Assembly (NCBI GenBank): GCA_017630405.1
Contig: JAGBVH010000025.1
Coordinates: forward strand, 12,352-76,351
Length of the DNA: 64,000 bases
From: Alphaproteobacteria bacterium
GTDB taxonomy: Bacteria; Pseudomonadota; Alphaproteobacteria; Rs-D84
Direction of reading: 5' to 3'
Below are positions 1 to 11,128 of this stretch, one piece after another. Made by a program: the position numbers and the translations under genes. Every line of letters starts with the position of its first letter. The stretch's first letter is position 1. The notes under the pieces are model-generated. The model did no database searches and had not been told where the DNA came from. It saw only the letters and a list, made by a program, of their open reading frames with translations.

Positions 1-141
1 CACATAAATCAAATTATCATGTGCCGCATCACGTTTTGCCTTTGCATAATGCACATCACGTCCCAACTGTTTATATTCATCATAGTCAGCACAAATTTGT
101 GCGATTGGTGTTTTAATCAAATAAGTAAACCAATTTGCCAT
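1..141 (-). CDS. Partial hypothetical protein running off the window start (MANWFTYLIKTPIAQICADYDEY...)
   Basis: ATG at 141 preceded by AAGGAATAGAAA; frame stays open to position 1; co-oriented just downstream of lepA. Confidence 0.6.
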   Translation of the reverse strand, partial: MANWFTYLIKTPIAQICADYDEYKQLGRDVHYAKAKRDAAHDNLIYV

Positions 142-157
142 TTTCTATTCCTTTTTC

Positions 158-1951
158 TTACGATACTTTTAATGCATTGATAAACGCGGACTGTGGGATT
201 TCAACACTGCCGAATGTACGCATACGCTTTTTACCTTCTTTTTGTTTTTCCAACAACTTACGTTTACGTGTTATATCCCCCCCGTAACATTTCGCGGTCA
301 CATCTTTACGATACGCAGCGATAGTCTCTCTGGCGATAATTTTTCCACCGATTGCGGCCTGCAACGGTATTTTGAATTGATGTCTTGGTATTAAATCTTT
401 CAGTTTTTCAACAATCTGACGACCACGTTTTTCAGCAAACGACCGGTGACACATAAAAGACAAAGGTTCCACATTTTCCTCGTTAACCAAGATATTAACC
501 TTGACCAAATCAGATGGCTGATACCCCTGAACCACATAGTCAAATGATGCATAACCCGAAGAAATAGACTTCACCCTGTCATAGAAGTCGAATACAATTT
601 CCGCCAACGGCAACTGATAAACCAATACCGCACGATTACCAATATAAGAAATATTTTCCTGAACACCGCGCCGCTCTGCACATAGTGACATAATTCCGCC
701 CATATATTTATCCGGCATCATAATTGTCGCACGCACCCATGGTTCTTCAATTGCAGCAATCTTGGTCAAATCAGGCATATCCGCAGGATTTTCCAAATCC
801 ATAACTTCTCCACTGCGCAAATGAACCTTGTACAACACGCTTGGAACAGTGTTAATAAGTGTCAGATTAAATTCACGCGACAAACGTTCACTGATAATTT
901 CCATATGCAATAAACCCAAAAATCCGCAACGCAAACCAAATCCCAACGCCGAAGATTTTTCAGTCGTAAACATAAAGGACGCATCATTTAACGCCAACTT
1001 TTCTGCACTTTCACGAAACGCCGGATAGTCATCGGCCTCGACCGGAAAGAACGAAGAAAACACCACCGGCACCGAAGGCTTAAACCCTGGCAACACCTCT
1101 GGATTTTCTGTTCTGGCATCACAAATCGTGTCACCGACTTTACAGTCATGAATTGTCTTCATACCTGTAATAATAAAACCAATTTCCCCAGTATGCAGTT
1201 TATCAACATTAACCATTTTCGGTGTAAAATATCCGATTTTATCAACCACATATTCCGCACCAGTTGCGATAAACTTAATCTTTTGTCCGCGTGAAAGCTC
1301 CCCATCAACAACGCGCACCAAAATCACAACCCCCAAGTAAGAATCATACCAGGAATCAACCAACAGCGCACGTGTTGGTGCATCTTCATTCCCATGTGGG
1401 GCCGGCAATTTTGTCACAATTTCTTCCAACAGTTCTGGCACACCATCACCAGTCTTGCCAGACACCGCCAATGCTTCACCAGCATCCAATCCAATCACAT
1501 CCGCAATCTGTTCCCGCGCAGCGGCAACATCACTTGATGGCAAGTCAATCTTATTCAACACCGGCAACATTTCCAAATCGTTATCCAACGCTAAATACGC
1601 ATTTGCCAATGTTTGTGCCTGAACACCCTGGGTTGCATCAACCAGAACCAACGCACCCTCGCACGCGGCAAGCGAACGCGACACTTCATACGAAAAGTCC
1701 ACATGCCCCGGGGTATCCATCAAATTAAGCTGATAAACTTCGCCATTTTTGGCCTTGTAATTCAAACGCACCGTCTGCGCTTTAATTGTAATTCCACGCT
1801 CGCGTTCAATATCCATAGAATCCAGCACCTGCGCCTTCATTTCGCGCGACTGCAAACCGCCTGTAAACTCAATCAATCTGTCCGACAGGGTCGATTTACC
1901 ATGGTCAATATGTGCAACAATAGAAAAATTACGGATATTAGATTGCTTCAT
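158..1951 (-). CDS. lepA: Translation elongation factor 4 (LepA)
   Basis: [40 protein letters not shown]-terminal [24 protein letters not shown]; start set at MKQSN. Confidence 0.98.
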   Translation of the reverse strand: MKQSNIRNFSIVAHIDHGKSTLSDRLIEFTGGLQSREMKAQVLDSMDIERERGITIKAQTVRLNYKAKNGEVYQLNLMDTPGHVDFSYEVSRSLAACEGALVLVDATQGVQAQTLANAYLALDNDLEMLPVLNKIDLPSSDVAAAREQIADVIGLDAGEALAVSGKTGDGVPELLEEIVTKLPAPHGNEDAPTRALLVDSWYDSYLGVVILVRVVDGELSRGQKIKFIATGAEYVVDKIGYFTPKMVNVDKLHTGEIGFIITGMKTIHDCKVGDTICDARTENPEVLPGFKPSVPVVFSSFFPVEADDYPAFRESAEKLALNDASFMFTTEKSSALGFGLRCGFLGLLHMEIISERLSREFNLTLINTVPSVLYKVHLRSGEVMDLENPADMPDLTKIAAIEEPWVRATIMMPDKYMGGIMSLCAERRGVQENISYIGNRAVLVYQLPLAEIVFDFYDRVKSISSGYASFDYVVQGYQPSDLVKVNILVNEENVEPLSFMCHRSFAEKRGRQIVEKLKDLIPRHQFKIPLQAAIGGKIIARETIAAYRKDVTAKCYGGDITRKRKLLEKQKEGKKRMRTFGSVEIPQSAFINALKVS

Positions 1952-1990
1952 AAAATACACCTATGCTTATGCGGCAATAATAAACCAGTA

Positions 1991-2587
1991 TTAGCGATTA
2001 AGCAAGTTGTATTTCTGCATTTTTTTCAACAAAACTTCTTTATCATGCAGCGCGACTTCTATTCCTGCCCGGCGCATTGCGATAAACATTTTTATAACTT
2101 TTTCACTTGGGTATGAATCCAGCCGTCCAAAATCGGACAAAGACAGATAAAATCTATCATCTTGGTGCAAAATAACATACAAACAAATATAAGGATAAAT
2201 TTCAAACGGATGACCACCGTTATAAGCATAAACCTGATGCCATTTTCTGAATTCAACTGGACAATCTGGTTTTACAATTGTTCCAAAATTATCAATCGCA
2301 TCCCCAACCCATCCAGTCGTATATTTATTGTATGCCCCAACATCATCCGACATAAAAATATCAGGATTCACCCCTTCTCGCAACGCCTTGGTCCCCATAA
2401 CACGACGACTATATTCATAGGTTGCACAATCAGATGACAGTAAACCTTCATCAATTCCAGACAACGCATATTTCACCGCCCGAAAATAATAATTACGCGT
2501 CATATTTTCAATCGGATGCAGACCGCGTTTCAGATTCTCGGCCACGAACACTAAATCTGATTCAGAAAAATTTTTTAATGTATTCAT
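1991..2587 (-). CDS. Hypothetical protein (GGHPFEI motif)
   Basis: 198-aa ORF; ATG abuts the rbfA stop; no recognised domain. Confidence 0.75.
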   Translation of the reverse strand: MNTLKNFSESDLVFVAENLKRGLHPIENMTRNYYFRAVKYALSGIDEGLLSSDCATYEYSRRVMGTKALREGVNPDIFMSDDVGAYNKYTTGWVGDAIDNFGTIVKPDCPVEFRKWHQVYAYNGGHPFEIYPYICLYVILHQDDRFYLSLSDFGRLDSYPSEKVIKMFIAMRRAGIEVALHDKEVLLKKMQKYNLLNR

Positions 2588-2935
2588 TTACAGGTTATTT
2601 AACAACTCGTCAATACGGGCCGCTTTTTCCAATGTATCATCATACGCAAACTTAATATCTGGCACATATTTCTGATTCATACGAGCCGCCAATTCAAAGC
2701 GAACCATACGCGTAATTTCATCCAATCGCTTTTGAACCGCCGCAATATCTGGATTGCGGGTATAATAAAACAGACGCACAAACTGCAAACCACCATGTGC
2801 AACACTGCCCACCAATGACACGCCCGAAACAATAGAATCTTCGGACCAATCATCACGCAAAATTTCCGCAACCAAGGTCTGAACCTTGCTAGCCACGCGT
2901 TCACCACGATTAGAATTAAATTGTCTTTTTGCCAT
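2588..2935 (-). CDS. rbfA: Ribosome-binding factor A
   Basis: RGERVASKVQ...LAARMNQKYVPDIKFAYDDTLEKAARIDELL matches the RbfA pattern. Confidence 0.9.
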   Translation of the reverse strand: MAKRQFNSNRGERVASKVQTLVAEILRDDWSEDSIVSGVSLVGSVAHGGLQFVRLFYYTRNPDIAAVQKRLDEITRMVRFELAARMNQKYVPDIKFAYDDTLEKAARIDELLNNL

Positions 2936-3029
2936 ATGTTTTATCTTTTTTTATCAATTTATATGATTGTAAAATATTAAATATTAAATTACAATCAAGT
3001 AAATTTTTATTTTTGGGAAAGGAAATATC

Positions 3030-3605
3030 ATGAGTTTTTCAGAATGCGTACTCAAAAAAGCCGAATCGCGTGGCTATTCATGGATTGTATTTTTATTAAC
3101 AATTTGCGAATCGATTTTTCTGTTTATTCCACCAGAAGTTTTTATGACACCACCAATCATCGCGAATAAAAAACGCGCACTTCCAATCACAGTCGCTGCG
3201 GCACTTGGCTCACTTGTTGGTGGCGCAATCGCCTATATGATTGGACTGTGGTTATACGATTCGGTTGGCATCTGGCTGATTGAAACATTTTCAAATCCAG
3301 AATTAATCGAATCAACAATTAAACCAATGTTTTCTAAATATGGAATTCTTATAATTGTCCTGACTGCCGTCACACCAATTCCATATAAACTATTGGCAAT
3401 ATGGCTTGGCTTTATCGGATATCCTATGTGGTTATTTCTGGCGGTTTCCGCAATATTCCGCACGGGCCGTTTTGCGATTATTGCCACATTGCTATATCAT
3501 TTTCAGGAACGCGCAAATGCAATTGTCAGCAAATACTTCTGGCCATTAACAATTGGCGCGATTGTTATTGCTGGTCTTGGGATTGGTTTAATAAGTTTAT
3601 TTTAA
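3030..3605 (+). CDS. YqaA/DedA (SNARE-associated, VTT) membrane protein
   Basis: ESIFLFIPPE, GSLVGGAIAY, TPIPYKL, RTGRF motifs; hydrophobic. Confidence 0.85.
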   Translation: MSFSECVLKKAESRGYSWIVFLLTICESIFLFIPPEVFMTPPIIANKKRALPITVAAALGSLVGGAIAYMIGLWLYDSVGIWLIETFSNPELIESTIKPMFSKYGILIIVLTAVTPIPYKLLAIWLGFIGYPMWLFLAVSAIFRTGRFAIIATLLYHFQERANAIVSKYFWPLTIGAIVIAGLGIGLISLF

Positions 3606-4250
3606 TTATTTGAAAAAAGGATTATTTGCCTTTAAAAAACCAATGGTTGTATCCATACCATGACCATGGACAACCATAACATCATTAGGTAAATTTTTAT
3701 TATAAATATTAGATATAGACTTTTTTAGCACTTCTAAATTTCCACCTGGCAAATCATAGCGACCGACAGAATCTTGGAACAAAGTATCGCCAATTAACAA
3801 AATACCGTCATTTGGGAAATAATAAGATACACCACCCGCGCTATGCCCTGGGGTTTCCCAAACCTGCATAATCGTATTACCTAGAATCCGATATTCTTTA
3901 ACCTCCAACACAGTCGGACGCACATCCTGCGCTGTAATAGGTGGCAAATTAAAATAAGCCAACAAGTCATTTCCCCACCCAACCAGACGAAAATCACCAC
4001 TGTGCAAATACCAAGGCACATTGTATTTTTCAGCCAATTTTGGGGCAGCCGCAATATGATCTGGATGTCCATGCGTTATATAAATCGCCTCTGGTTTCAA
4101 ATTATGTTCAGACAAATATTTTTCCCAACCGACCACACTGCCCCAAGGGTCAAAAATCACACAATTTGCCCCATCAGAAACCACCACAGAATTTGTATTC
4201 TGTGGTGCCATCTGAACAATTTGAAATTTATTATTTTTTTGATTTTGCAT
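3606..4250 (-). CDS. MBL-fold metallo-hydrolase (glyoxalase II/YcbL-like)
   Basis: THGHPDH, TPGHSAG, GDTLF, HGHG motifs; start set at MQNQK, overlapping the ftsH end. Confidence 0.9.
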   Translation of the reverse strand: MQNQKNNKFQIVQMAPQNTNSVVVSDGANCVIFDPWGSVVGWEKYLSEHNLKPEAIYITHGHPDHIAAAPKLAEKYNVPWYLHSGDFRLVGWGNDLLAYFNLPPITAQDVRPTVLEVKEYRILGNTIMQVWETPGHSAGGVSYYFPNDGILLIGDTLFQDSVGRYDLPGGNLEVLKKSISNIYNKNLPNDVMVVHGHGMDTTIGFLKANNPFFK

Positions 4251-6138
4251 TTTTACACGCGACAGTTTTTTTGTTTGCTTTTTTCTTTTTCCCAAAAACA
4301 ATTTCGCGAATTTCTTCACCTGTCAGGGTTTCACGCTCCAGCAACTCGTTGGCCAACTTTTCAACAGTCTTCTTGTTCTTGACCAAATGTTTTGTCGCAT
4401 CCGCATGTGCCGCATCCAGCCACGCACGAATTTCAGCATCAACCATTTCGGCTGTTTTTTCGGATGCATTTTCCAACGCGCCCCGTGTTCCAAATGTGCC
4501 AACCTGATTGATTGCCGCCAGACCAACTTTCTTGGACAGCCCAGCTGTTGTTATAGAATAACGCGCCAACTGGGTAGCCATCGCAATATCGCTTTCCGCA
4601 CCAGTTGTAATTTTATCCGCACCAAAGAAAACTTCTTCGGCACTGCGTCCCGCCAGCGCAATAGATAAATTCGCACGCACTTCGGCAATAGTCATAGAAA
4701 CTTTATCATCAATTGGCAAGTGCTGCACCATACCCAACGCACGACCACGTGGAATAATAGTCGCCTTGTGCACAGGATCAGCCACATCTTCATACATCAT
4801 ACTTACAAATGCATGCCCTGCTTCGTGATATGCAGTCAACTTAATATCTTCTGGGCGCATTTTACGAACTTTTCTTGGTCCCATAATGATTTTATCACGT
4901 GCTTCTTCTATATCTTCTGCGGCAATTTCCTTGCGACCATTACGCACCGCATGCAACGCAGCCTCGTTCAACAGATTTTCCAAATCTGCCCCCGAAAAAC
5001 CAGTTGTACCACGTGCCAAGTCTTGCAGATTAACAGACTCGCCAACCTTGACTTTTTTCGCATACAAATCCAAGATTTCACGACGACCAGCCATATCAGG
5101 CAATTCAATATACACCTGACGGTCAAAACGTCCTGGGCGCAACAATGCCGGATCCAACATATCAACACGATTGGTTGCACCAATTACGATGATACCAGTG
5201 TCATTTGAAAAACCATCCATTTCAATCAACAACTGATTAAGTGTCTGTTCGCGGTCCTGATCATTGTACGAATGTGTACTACGACGCTGACCAATTGCAT
5301 CGATTTCATCAATGAACAAAATACATGGAGCATTACGTTTTGCCATTTCAAATATTTCTTTAATCTTGGCAACACCCAACCCAACAATAATCCCTGAAAA
5401 ATCAGAACCAGATGCCGCAAAGAACGGAACATTTGCTTCGCCCGCAATCGCACGTGCCAACAAAGTCTTACCAGTCCCTGGACGACCTGACAACAAAACA
5501 CCACGCGGCACACGTGCCCCCAAAGACTTATACTTATCTTTATTCTTCAAGAAATCGACAATTTCATACAATTCCTGCTTTTCAGAATCAATACCTGCCA
5601 CATCCGCAAATGTTGTTTTTGGCTTGCCCGTTGTGATTTTGGTTGGATTTTGCCCCACCAAAGTACGACTTAAACCACCAGCCGCGCCACCACCACGCAA
5701 ACCACGGAAAATCCACAATATAAACAACACAGTCAACAACATTGGTGCCCAAAAACCAATGTGTTCCATCCATGATTTAGATGTATCGATACTAATAGCA
5801 GTACCTTTATCAGACAACTTGGTCAGCAATTCTGGATCATATGCGATTGTGGCCTGAAATTTTGTACCATCGTTCAAAGTACCAGTCGCATCATTACCAT
5901 TGATTTTCATCGTCTTGATTTCATCGCTACGGCGCAAAACATCCGAAAAAGAAAGTTCAACAGGTCGTGCGGCTTCACCACCCCCAATCATTGGCAAACC
6001 ACTGCCCCCAACAAACGCCACACGCGCAATCATTGCAATAAACAACAAGCCAAAAATAACCAAGAAACTTGTCGCACCATCACGTTTTTTCATCATTGGA
6101 TTTTTCTTATTTTTTTGCATATCTTTTATACTTTTCAT
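4231..6138 (-). CDS. ftsH: ATP-dependent zinc metalloprotease FtsH
   Basis: Two N-terminal TM helices, Walker A GRPGTGKT, FIDEIDA, SRH LLRPGRFDRQ, HEAGH; start (6138 or 6120) uncertain. Confidence 0.97.
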   Translation of the reverse strand: MKSIKDMQKNKKNPMMKKRDGATSFLVIFGLLFIAMIARVAFVGGSGLPMIGGGEAARPVELSFSDVLRRSDEIKTMKINGNDATGTLNDGTKFQATIAYDPELLTKLSDKGTAISIDTSKSWMEHIGFWAPMLLTVLFILWIFRGLRGGGAAGGLSRTLVGQNPTKITTGKPKTTFADVAGIDSEKQELYEIVDFLKNKDKYKSLGARVPRGVLLSGRPGTGKTLLARAIAGEANVPFFAASGSDFSGIIVGLGVAKIKEIFEMAKRNAPCILFIDEIDAIGQRRSTHSYNDQDREQTLNQLLIEMDGFSNDTGIIVIGATNRVDMLDPALLRPGRFDRQVYIELPDMAGRREILDLYAKKVKVGESVNLQDLARGTTGFSGADLENLLNEAALHAVRNGRKEIAAEDIEEARDKIIMGPRKVRKMRPEDIKLTAYHEAGHAFVSMMYEDVADPVHKATIIPRGRALGMVQHLPIDDKVSMTIAEVRANLSIALAGRSAEEVFFGADKITTGAESDIAMATQLARYSITTAGLSKKVGLAAINQVGTFGTRGALENASEKTAEMVDAEIRAWLDAAHADATKHLVKNKKTVEKLANELLERETLTGEEIREIVFGKKKKANKKTVACKNAKSKK

Positions 6139-7090
6139 TTCTCTTCCTAATACTAGTTTTTGCCCCTTCTGGCACCACCAAAATTTTGTCATTCAGACGA
6201 CGCACCGTACAATGCCCCAATGTAAATTGACAATTCGACTTCAAATTACTTAGTGCACGATTTAACGAATTCAAGCGTGGCTGATAACAATCCCCCCCAA
6301 TTTTTTGAATCAAGATTCCAAGAAACTTTAAACCAATATCGGGGGCCACGTCAAATAGAAAAGAATCAGTAAACAACGCATAATCATCACGCAGCACCTG
6401 ATTTACCATCTGAACCGCCTGTCCATCCAGCGCATCGCGCGCACGCCCCAAATTTTCAATCGCCAACAAAATTCGCGCATCACTGATACCAAGTTTGCTA
6501 GCCAACAAATGACGATTTTTTCTGATTTTTACACGCGTATAGTTTTCATCATCATTCATTTCATCTGCAAAGTACTGAACACCATTTGTGTTACACCACG
6601 AAATCAATTCCGCCCTGTATACTGACAACAAAGGTCGCACAATTTTAACCCCATCACGATATGACACGGCACGCATCGCAGACAGCCCTGAAACCCCGCT
6701 GCCCCGCGACAAATTCATCAAAAAAGTTTCAATCTGATCATCGGCCTGATGCGCAACAAATAACGCATCGATATTATTATCCCTACACCAACCCAGCATC
6801 ATATTGTAGCGCGCATCACGTGCCGCGGCTTCTAATCCAGACACAGGCTTTTCATCGGTCCAATAAAAAACCTTACACCGAACCCCAAGTTTTTCACATA
6901 AATCAACGACATATCTGCTCTCCACATCCGCTGCATCACGTAATCCATGATTTACATGCAGCGCCGTCACACTAAGCCCCGCCATCACACACCAATGCAA
7001 CAGACACACAGAATCCACACCGCCACTTACCGCGACCGCAATATGTTGCCCTTGATATTTCCGCACAAAATCATAAAACTTTTCATTCAT
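6107..7090 (-). CDS. tilS: tRNA(Ile)-lysidine synthetase
   Basis: VAVSGGVDS PP-loop, HVNHGLR, AARDARY, AHQADDQIET; canonical tilS-ftsH linkage. Confidence 0.95.
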   Translation of the reverse strand: MNEKFYDFVRKYQGQHIAVAVSGGVDSVCLLHWCVMAGLSVTALHVNHGLRDAADVESRYVVDLCEKLGVRCKVFYWTDEKPVSGLEAAARDARYNMMLGWCRDNNIDALFVAHQADDQIETFLMNLSRGSGVSGLSAMRAVSYRDGVKIVRPLLSVYRAELISWCNTNGVQYFADEMNDDENYTRVKIRKNRHLLASKLGISDARILLAIENLGRARDALDGQAVQMVNQVLRDDYALFTDSFLFDVAPDIGLKFLGILIQKIGGDCYQPRLNSLNRALSNLKSNCQFTLGHCTVRRLNDKILVVPEGAKTSIRKRNEKYKRYAKK

Positions 7091-7138
7091 TATTTGCGTA
7101 TTCTATGCTATAATTTCGAAAAATAAAGGAAAAAGAAA

Positions 7139-7690
7139 ATGACAAAAAAATTAAAATCTATTGCTGTTTATTGCGGTCATCAATTTGGCAACGACCCTCA
7201 ATTTGAACGTGACGCAGCATCTGTTGGCGAACTGCTGGCCAAGAACGGAATCCGCATGGTATTTGGTGGCGGCGATGTTGGGTTGATGGGCACCGTCGCA
7301 ACTGCGGCCCTGCGCGCAGGTGGTGATGTTATCGGTGTTTCCACAGACGAAGTTGTGGCCCGCCAGGAACCTGCCCACGAAGAAATTGAAGTTAGAATTG
7401 TTGACGGCGTGAACGAACGCAAACAGATTATGTTTGAAAATTCGGATGCCTTTATTATTCTGCCGGGCGGCATTGGCACATTAAATGAACTAAGTGACAT
7501 TATGACCATGCAGCAAATTGGCGAAACAAACAAGCCACTGTTTTTCTTAAACACCAATAATTTCTGGTCACCATTATCTGATTTAATCAGACACATGATG
7601 GACAGCGGTTTTATCGAAAACATGAAAGATTACCACATGTTCAACGCAAACAATGTGGCTGAATTGGCGGATCAGATTTTGAAATATTAA
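7139..7690 (+). CDS. LOG family Rossmann-fold protein (TIGR00730-like nucleotide phosphoribohydrolase)
   Basis: GGGDVGLMG, ERKQIM, LPGGIGTLNE motifs. Confidence 0.9.
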   Translation: MTKKLKSIAVYCGHQFGNDPQFERDAASVGELLAKNGIRMVFGGGDVGLMGTVATAALRAGGDVIGVSTDEVVARQEPAHEEIEVRIVDGVNERKQIMFENSDAFIILPGGIGTLNELSDIMTMQQIGETNKPLFFLNTNNFWSPLSDLIRHMMDSGFIENMKDYHMFNANNVAELADQILKY

Positions 7691-7902
7691 ATTTCGAACA
7701 CCTTATCGCGCGAAGTTGCACCGCGCACTAGTTTAATGCTGGTTTTGGGCACCCCGTAATGCTCGGCCAGCATTTTTATTACATCTGCCGTTGCCTTGCC
7801 ATCAGTTGGCGCAGTTGTGGTATGCACACGCACAACACCATCGGGCTGAACTTCGACCCGATTAAGTTTAGCGCGCGGAATAACACGAACGTTTATTTTC
7901 AT
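7687..7902 (-). CDS. DUF167/YggU family protein
   Basis: VRVIPRA...APTDGKA...LAEHYGVPK...GATSRDK. Confidence 0.85.
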   Translation of the reverse strand: MKINVRVIPRAKLNRVEVQPDGVVRVHTTTAPTDGKATADVIKMLAEHYGVPKTSIKLVRGATSRDKVFEI

Positions 7903-7906
7903 TATA

Positions 7907-8278
7907 TCAATGTTCTAAAATAGTAGTTTTTAAATCAACCAGTGGTTGTCCTGCGATTATATGAGTATGAAAATGCGGAACACTTTGTGCAAAGTACACC
8001 CCACGACCAACATTTGCAACAATATTACAATTTTCACATGCATTGATTTTTTGTGCAGTTTGTCTAAAACAATCCCAGTATTTAATTTGTTCATCAGCAG
8101 AAGCATTTGAAACAAAGTCCAGCATATCGGTATATTCGCCCTTGGGGATAACCAATGCGTGTGTTGTTGCGACAGGATTAACATCATAAAAACTTAACGC
8201 ATGTTCATTTTCACAAATTTTGTTTGCAGGAATTTCGCCACGAACTATTTTTGCGAACACATTATTATTATCATACAT
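7907..8278 (-). CDS. HIT family nucleotide hydrolase
   Basis: NVFAKIVRGEIP N-terminus, HALVIPK, QSVPHFHTHI histidine triad; start set at MYDNN. Confidence 0.92.
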   Translation of the reverse strand: MYDNNNVFAKIVRGEIPANKICENEHALSFYDVNPVATTHALVIPKGEYTDMLDFVSNASADEQIKYWDCFRQTAQKINACENCNIVANVGRGVYFAQSVPHFHTHIIAGQPLVDLKTTILEH

Positions 8279-8324
8279 ATTTTTATTCCCCTTGTTTTTC
8301 GATTTTATGATATTAGAATACCCA

Positions 8325-8352
8325 CTTGAAATCAATATTTTTTAGACTATAT
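8325..8352 (+). promoter_or_regulatory. RpoH (sigma32)-type heat-shock promoter for groES-groEL
   Basis: CTTG-N18-CTATAT; the same motif and spacing occur upstream of dnaJ; no CIRCE seen. Confidence 0.7.
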
Positions 8353-8393
8353 CACCGATATAGGTTTAACAACTATGCTAAGGAGTTATTTAT

Positions 8394-8681
8394 ATGTTTA
8401 AACCGCTTCACAATTATGTTTTATTATCAAGAATCGAAGAAGAAAACAAAACAGCCGGCGGCATTATAATCCCAGACAACGCTCGTGAAAAGCCATCACG
8501 CGGTCGTGTTGTTGCGACTGGCGCGGGCACATATTCTGGTGACAAGTTAATTCCCCTGACGGTTCAGGTTGGCGACACAGTATTATTTGCGAAATGGGCA
8601 TCCAGCGCGAACGAGGTTAAAATTGACGGCACTGACTATGTATTAATCAAAGAAACTGATATCTTGGGAATTTTGGAATAA
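8394..8681 (+). CDS. groES: Co-chaperonin GroES
   Basis: [33 protein letters not shown]. Confidence 0.97.
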   Translation: MFKPLHNYVLLSRIEEENKTAGGIIIPDNAREKPSRGRVVATGAGTYSGDKLIPLTVQVGDTVLFAKWASSANEVKIDGTDYVLIKETDILGILE

Positions 8682-8695
8682 AAGGAAAGACAAAC

Positions 8696-10315
8696 ATGGC
8701 AAAAGAAATCATATTCGACACAGAAAAAATGGCAGCGGGCGTGGACAAACTTGCGAACGCTGTAAAAATCACTATGGGTCCCAAGGGTCGCACCGTTGTG
8801 ATTGAAAAATCATATGGTGCCCCTGTTGCGACCAAGGACGGCGTCACAGTGGCCAAGGCCGTATCACTAAAAGACCCAACTGAAAACATTGGCGCGCGCA
8901 TGGTCCAAGAAGTGGCCAAGAAAGCGGGTGACGATGCTGGTGACGGAACAACAACCGCAACTGTATTGGCGCAAAAGTTAATCCGCGAAGGTCGTCGTGT
9001 AATTGCGGCTGGCATGAATCCGATGGATGTTAAGCGCGGTATTGACCTGGCAACTGCGGCGGTGGTAGCAGACATTGACGCACACGCCCGCCCTGTCCGC
9101 GACAGCGCGGAAATCGCCCAGGTTGCGACAATTTCCGCCAACGGCGACACAGATATCGGCGAAAAAATCGCGAACGCCATGGCGCGCGTTGGCCAAGAAG
9201 GCGTTATCACAGTCGAAGAAGCCAAGGGTCTGGAAACAGAAATCGATGTTGTCGAAGGTATGCAGTTCGACCAAGGCTTTATGTCACCATACTTTGTCAC
9301 CAACAGCGAAAAGATGCTGGCGGAATTGGACGGTGCAGAAATTTTGGTATCAGAAAAGAAAATCACAGGCCTGCAGGCATTGTTACCAATTCTGGAACCA
9401 ATCGCACAATCCGGCAAACCATTGTTAATCATCGCCGAAGACATTGAATCCGAAGCATTGGCAACATTGGTACTGAACCGCCTGCGCGGTGGTTTGAAAG
9501 TATGCGCTGTCAAGGCCCCAGGCTTTGGCGACCGCCGCAAAGAAATGTTAAAAGACATCGCGATTGTGACCGGTGCAACAGTTATTTCGGACGATATGGG
9601 CATGACATTTGACAACATTACACCGGCCGTTTTGGGTCGCGCCAAGAAAGTTGTAGTTGGCAAAGATTACACACTGTTGGCGCACGGCGGCGGTGATGCT
9701 GCGGCGATTAAGGCGCGCGCAGACGAAATCCGTATTGCGATTGCGAACACAACCAGCGACTATGACCGCGAAAAATTATCCGAACGTTTGGCCAAATTGG
9801 TTGGCGGTGTTGCAGTTATCAAGGTTGGTGGCATGACCGAAACCGAGGTTAAAGAAAAGAAAGACCGTGTAGATGACGCATTGGCGGCAACACGCGCAGC
9901 CGTTGCCGAAGGTATCGTTGCCGGTGGCGGTATTGCATTGGTTCGTGCAACTGATGCGCTGAAAGACTTGACTGGCGCGAACAGCGACCAAAATGTCGGC
10001 ATCGACATTGTACGCCGCGCGATTATCGCACCATGCGCCCAGATTGCAGACAACGCGGGCGTATCTGGCGAAATCGTTGTTGGCAAAGTAATGGATTCAT
10101 CGGACTATAACTTTGGCTATAACGCCCAGACTGGCGAATATGTTGACATGATGGTGGCCGGCGTAATCGACCCAGCCAAGGTTGTAAAAACCGCACTTAT
10201 GGCCGCGGCCAGCACTGCGGGCGTGATGCTGACAACTGGTGCGGTAATGACTGAAATTCCCGAAGAAAAACCAGCCACCCCACAAATGGGCGGCGGCATG
10301 CCAGGAATGATGTAA
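8696..10315 (+). CDS. groEL: Chaperonin GroEL
   Basis: [28 protein letters not shown] tail. Confidence 0.99.
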   Translation: MAKEIIFDTEKMAAGVDKLANAVKITMGPKGRTVVIEKSYGAPVATKDGVTVAKAVSLKDPTENIGARMVQEVAKKAGDDAGDGTTTATVLAQKLIREGRRVIAAGMNPMDVKRGIDLATAAVVADIDAHARPVRDSAEIAQVATISANGDTDIGEKIANAMARVGQEGVITVEEAKGLETEIDVVEGMQFDQGFMSPYFVTNSEKMLAELDGAEILVSEKKITGLQALLPILEPIAQSGKPLLIIAEDIESEALATLVLNRLRGGLKVCAVKAPGFGDRRKEMLKDIAIVTGATVISDDMGMTFDNITPAVLGRAKKVVVGKDYTLLAHGGGDAAAIKARADEIRIAIANTTSDYDREKLSERLAKLVGGVAVIKVGGMTETEVKEKKDRVDDALAATRAAVAEGIVAGGGIALVRATDALKDLTGANSDQNVGIDIVRRAIIAPCAQIADNAGVSGEIVVGKVMDSSDYNFGYNAQTGEYVDMMVAGVIDPAKVVKTALMAAASTAGVMLTTGAVMTEIPEEKPATPQMGGGMPGMM

Positions 10316-10322
10316 ATTGTTC

Positions 10323-10383
10323 AAATCCCCCAGCAATGGGGGATTTTTTTATGTAATAAAAAATCCCATATTCGTGGGATTTT
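10323..10383. terminator. Two back-to-back intrinsic terminator hairpins between convergent groEL and NTase genes
   Basis: AAATCCCCC-agcaat-GGGGGATTTTTTT and AAAAATCCCA-tattcg-TGGGATTTT. Confidence 0.8.
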
Positions 10384-11119
10384 ACAAAAGTTGAAACTTT
10401 TTCGATCTGTCGTGTTTAATATGCCTGCGCAACTTTCGAAAGATACCTGTATTACGCACCATTTTAAATGCCATAGTCATAGAAGTAATTGGCTGGTCAC
10501 GCTGTTGCAACATACCAACAGTTCTTCTGCTTTGCATTGCCGCCAAATATGCCTCGATATAATCTGCGGGCATTTCGTGTTTCAACATATATCGACAATG
10601 TTGCATTATAATTTTGTATCGCTGTTTTGCGATACTTCTAATCTTACGCAATTCTTGCTTTGACAAGCGTTGTGGTGTAACAATCCATTTATCCTTAAAG
10701 ATTGAATAAATTGGTCCAACCTTGCACTCTTTTTCCAAATTAATAATAGAAATATCCACCTTACGCCCAAATATAGATACATCAAACGTTCTCATCCACG
10801 AACTAACAAAAGACCTGTCAAAAAGTTTACGGTTCAGTTCTGGATTTGCCAGATATGGGGACCTTGGATTAACAATAAGAGCCAAGTCAATATCACTATA
10901 CTTATCCCAGTAATAGTTTGTTATCGAACCATGGACCCAAATATCTTGAACATCTTTTTTTGTTATCGGCAAACCAACAATATCATTCATATAACGAATA
11001 AATTCCAGGGCGATTGCCTGCAAAGTATTCACCACCAAGGCATTCATGGTCAAATTATTTTCCCATACCTTTGGCGCAAGTGTCTTATGATATTTAAAAG
11101 TATTACGTCGCCCTAACAT
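10382..11119 (-). CDS. Pol-beta superfamily nucleotidyltransferase, phage-type
   Basis: hGS motif and DxD (HGSITNYYWDKYSDIDL), third Asp in KVDIS, helical C-terminus (AFKMVRNTG). Confidence 0.75.
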   Translation of the reverse strand: MLGRRNTFKYHKTLAPKVWENNLTMNALVVNTLQAIALEFIRYMNDIVGLPITKKDVQDIWVHGSITNYYWDKYSDIDLALIVNPRSPYLANPELNRKLFDRSFVSSWMRTFDVSIFGRKVDISIINLEKECKVGPIYSIFKDKWIVTPQRLSKQELRKIRSIAKQRYKIIMQHCRYMLKHEMPADYIEAYLAAMQSRRTVGMLQQRDQPITSMTMAFKMVRNTGIFRKLRRHIKHDRSKKFQLL

Positions 11120-11128
11120 GCAATGGCC

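Noticed and set aside
8353-8393. CIRCE/HrcA operator before groES
   Set aside because: Only a partial right arm (TGCTAA); no matching left arm
8647-9663. 338-aa antisense ORF over groEL (and similar shadows over ftsH, dnaJ, gatA, parE)
   Set aside because: Mirror-frame ORFs expected from codon bias of highly conserved genes; no RBS or domain
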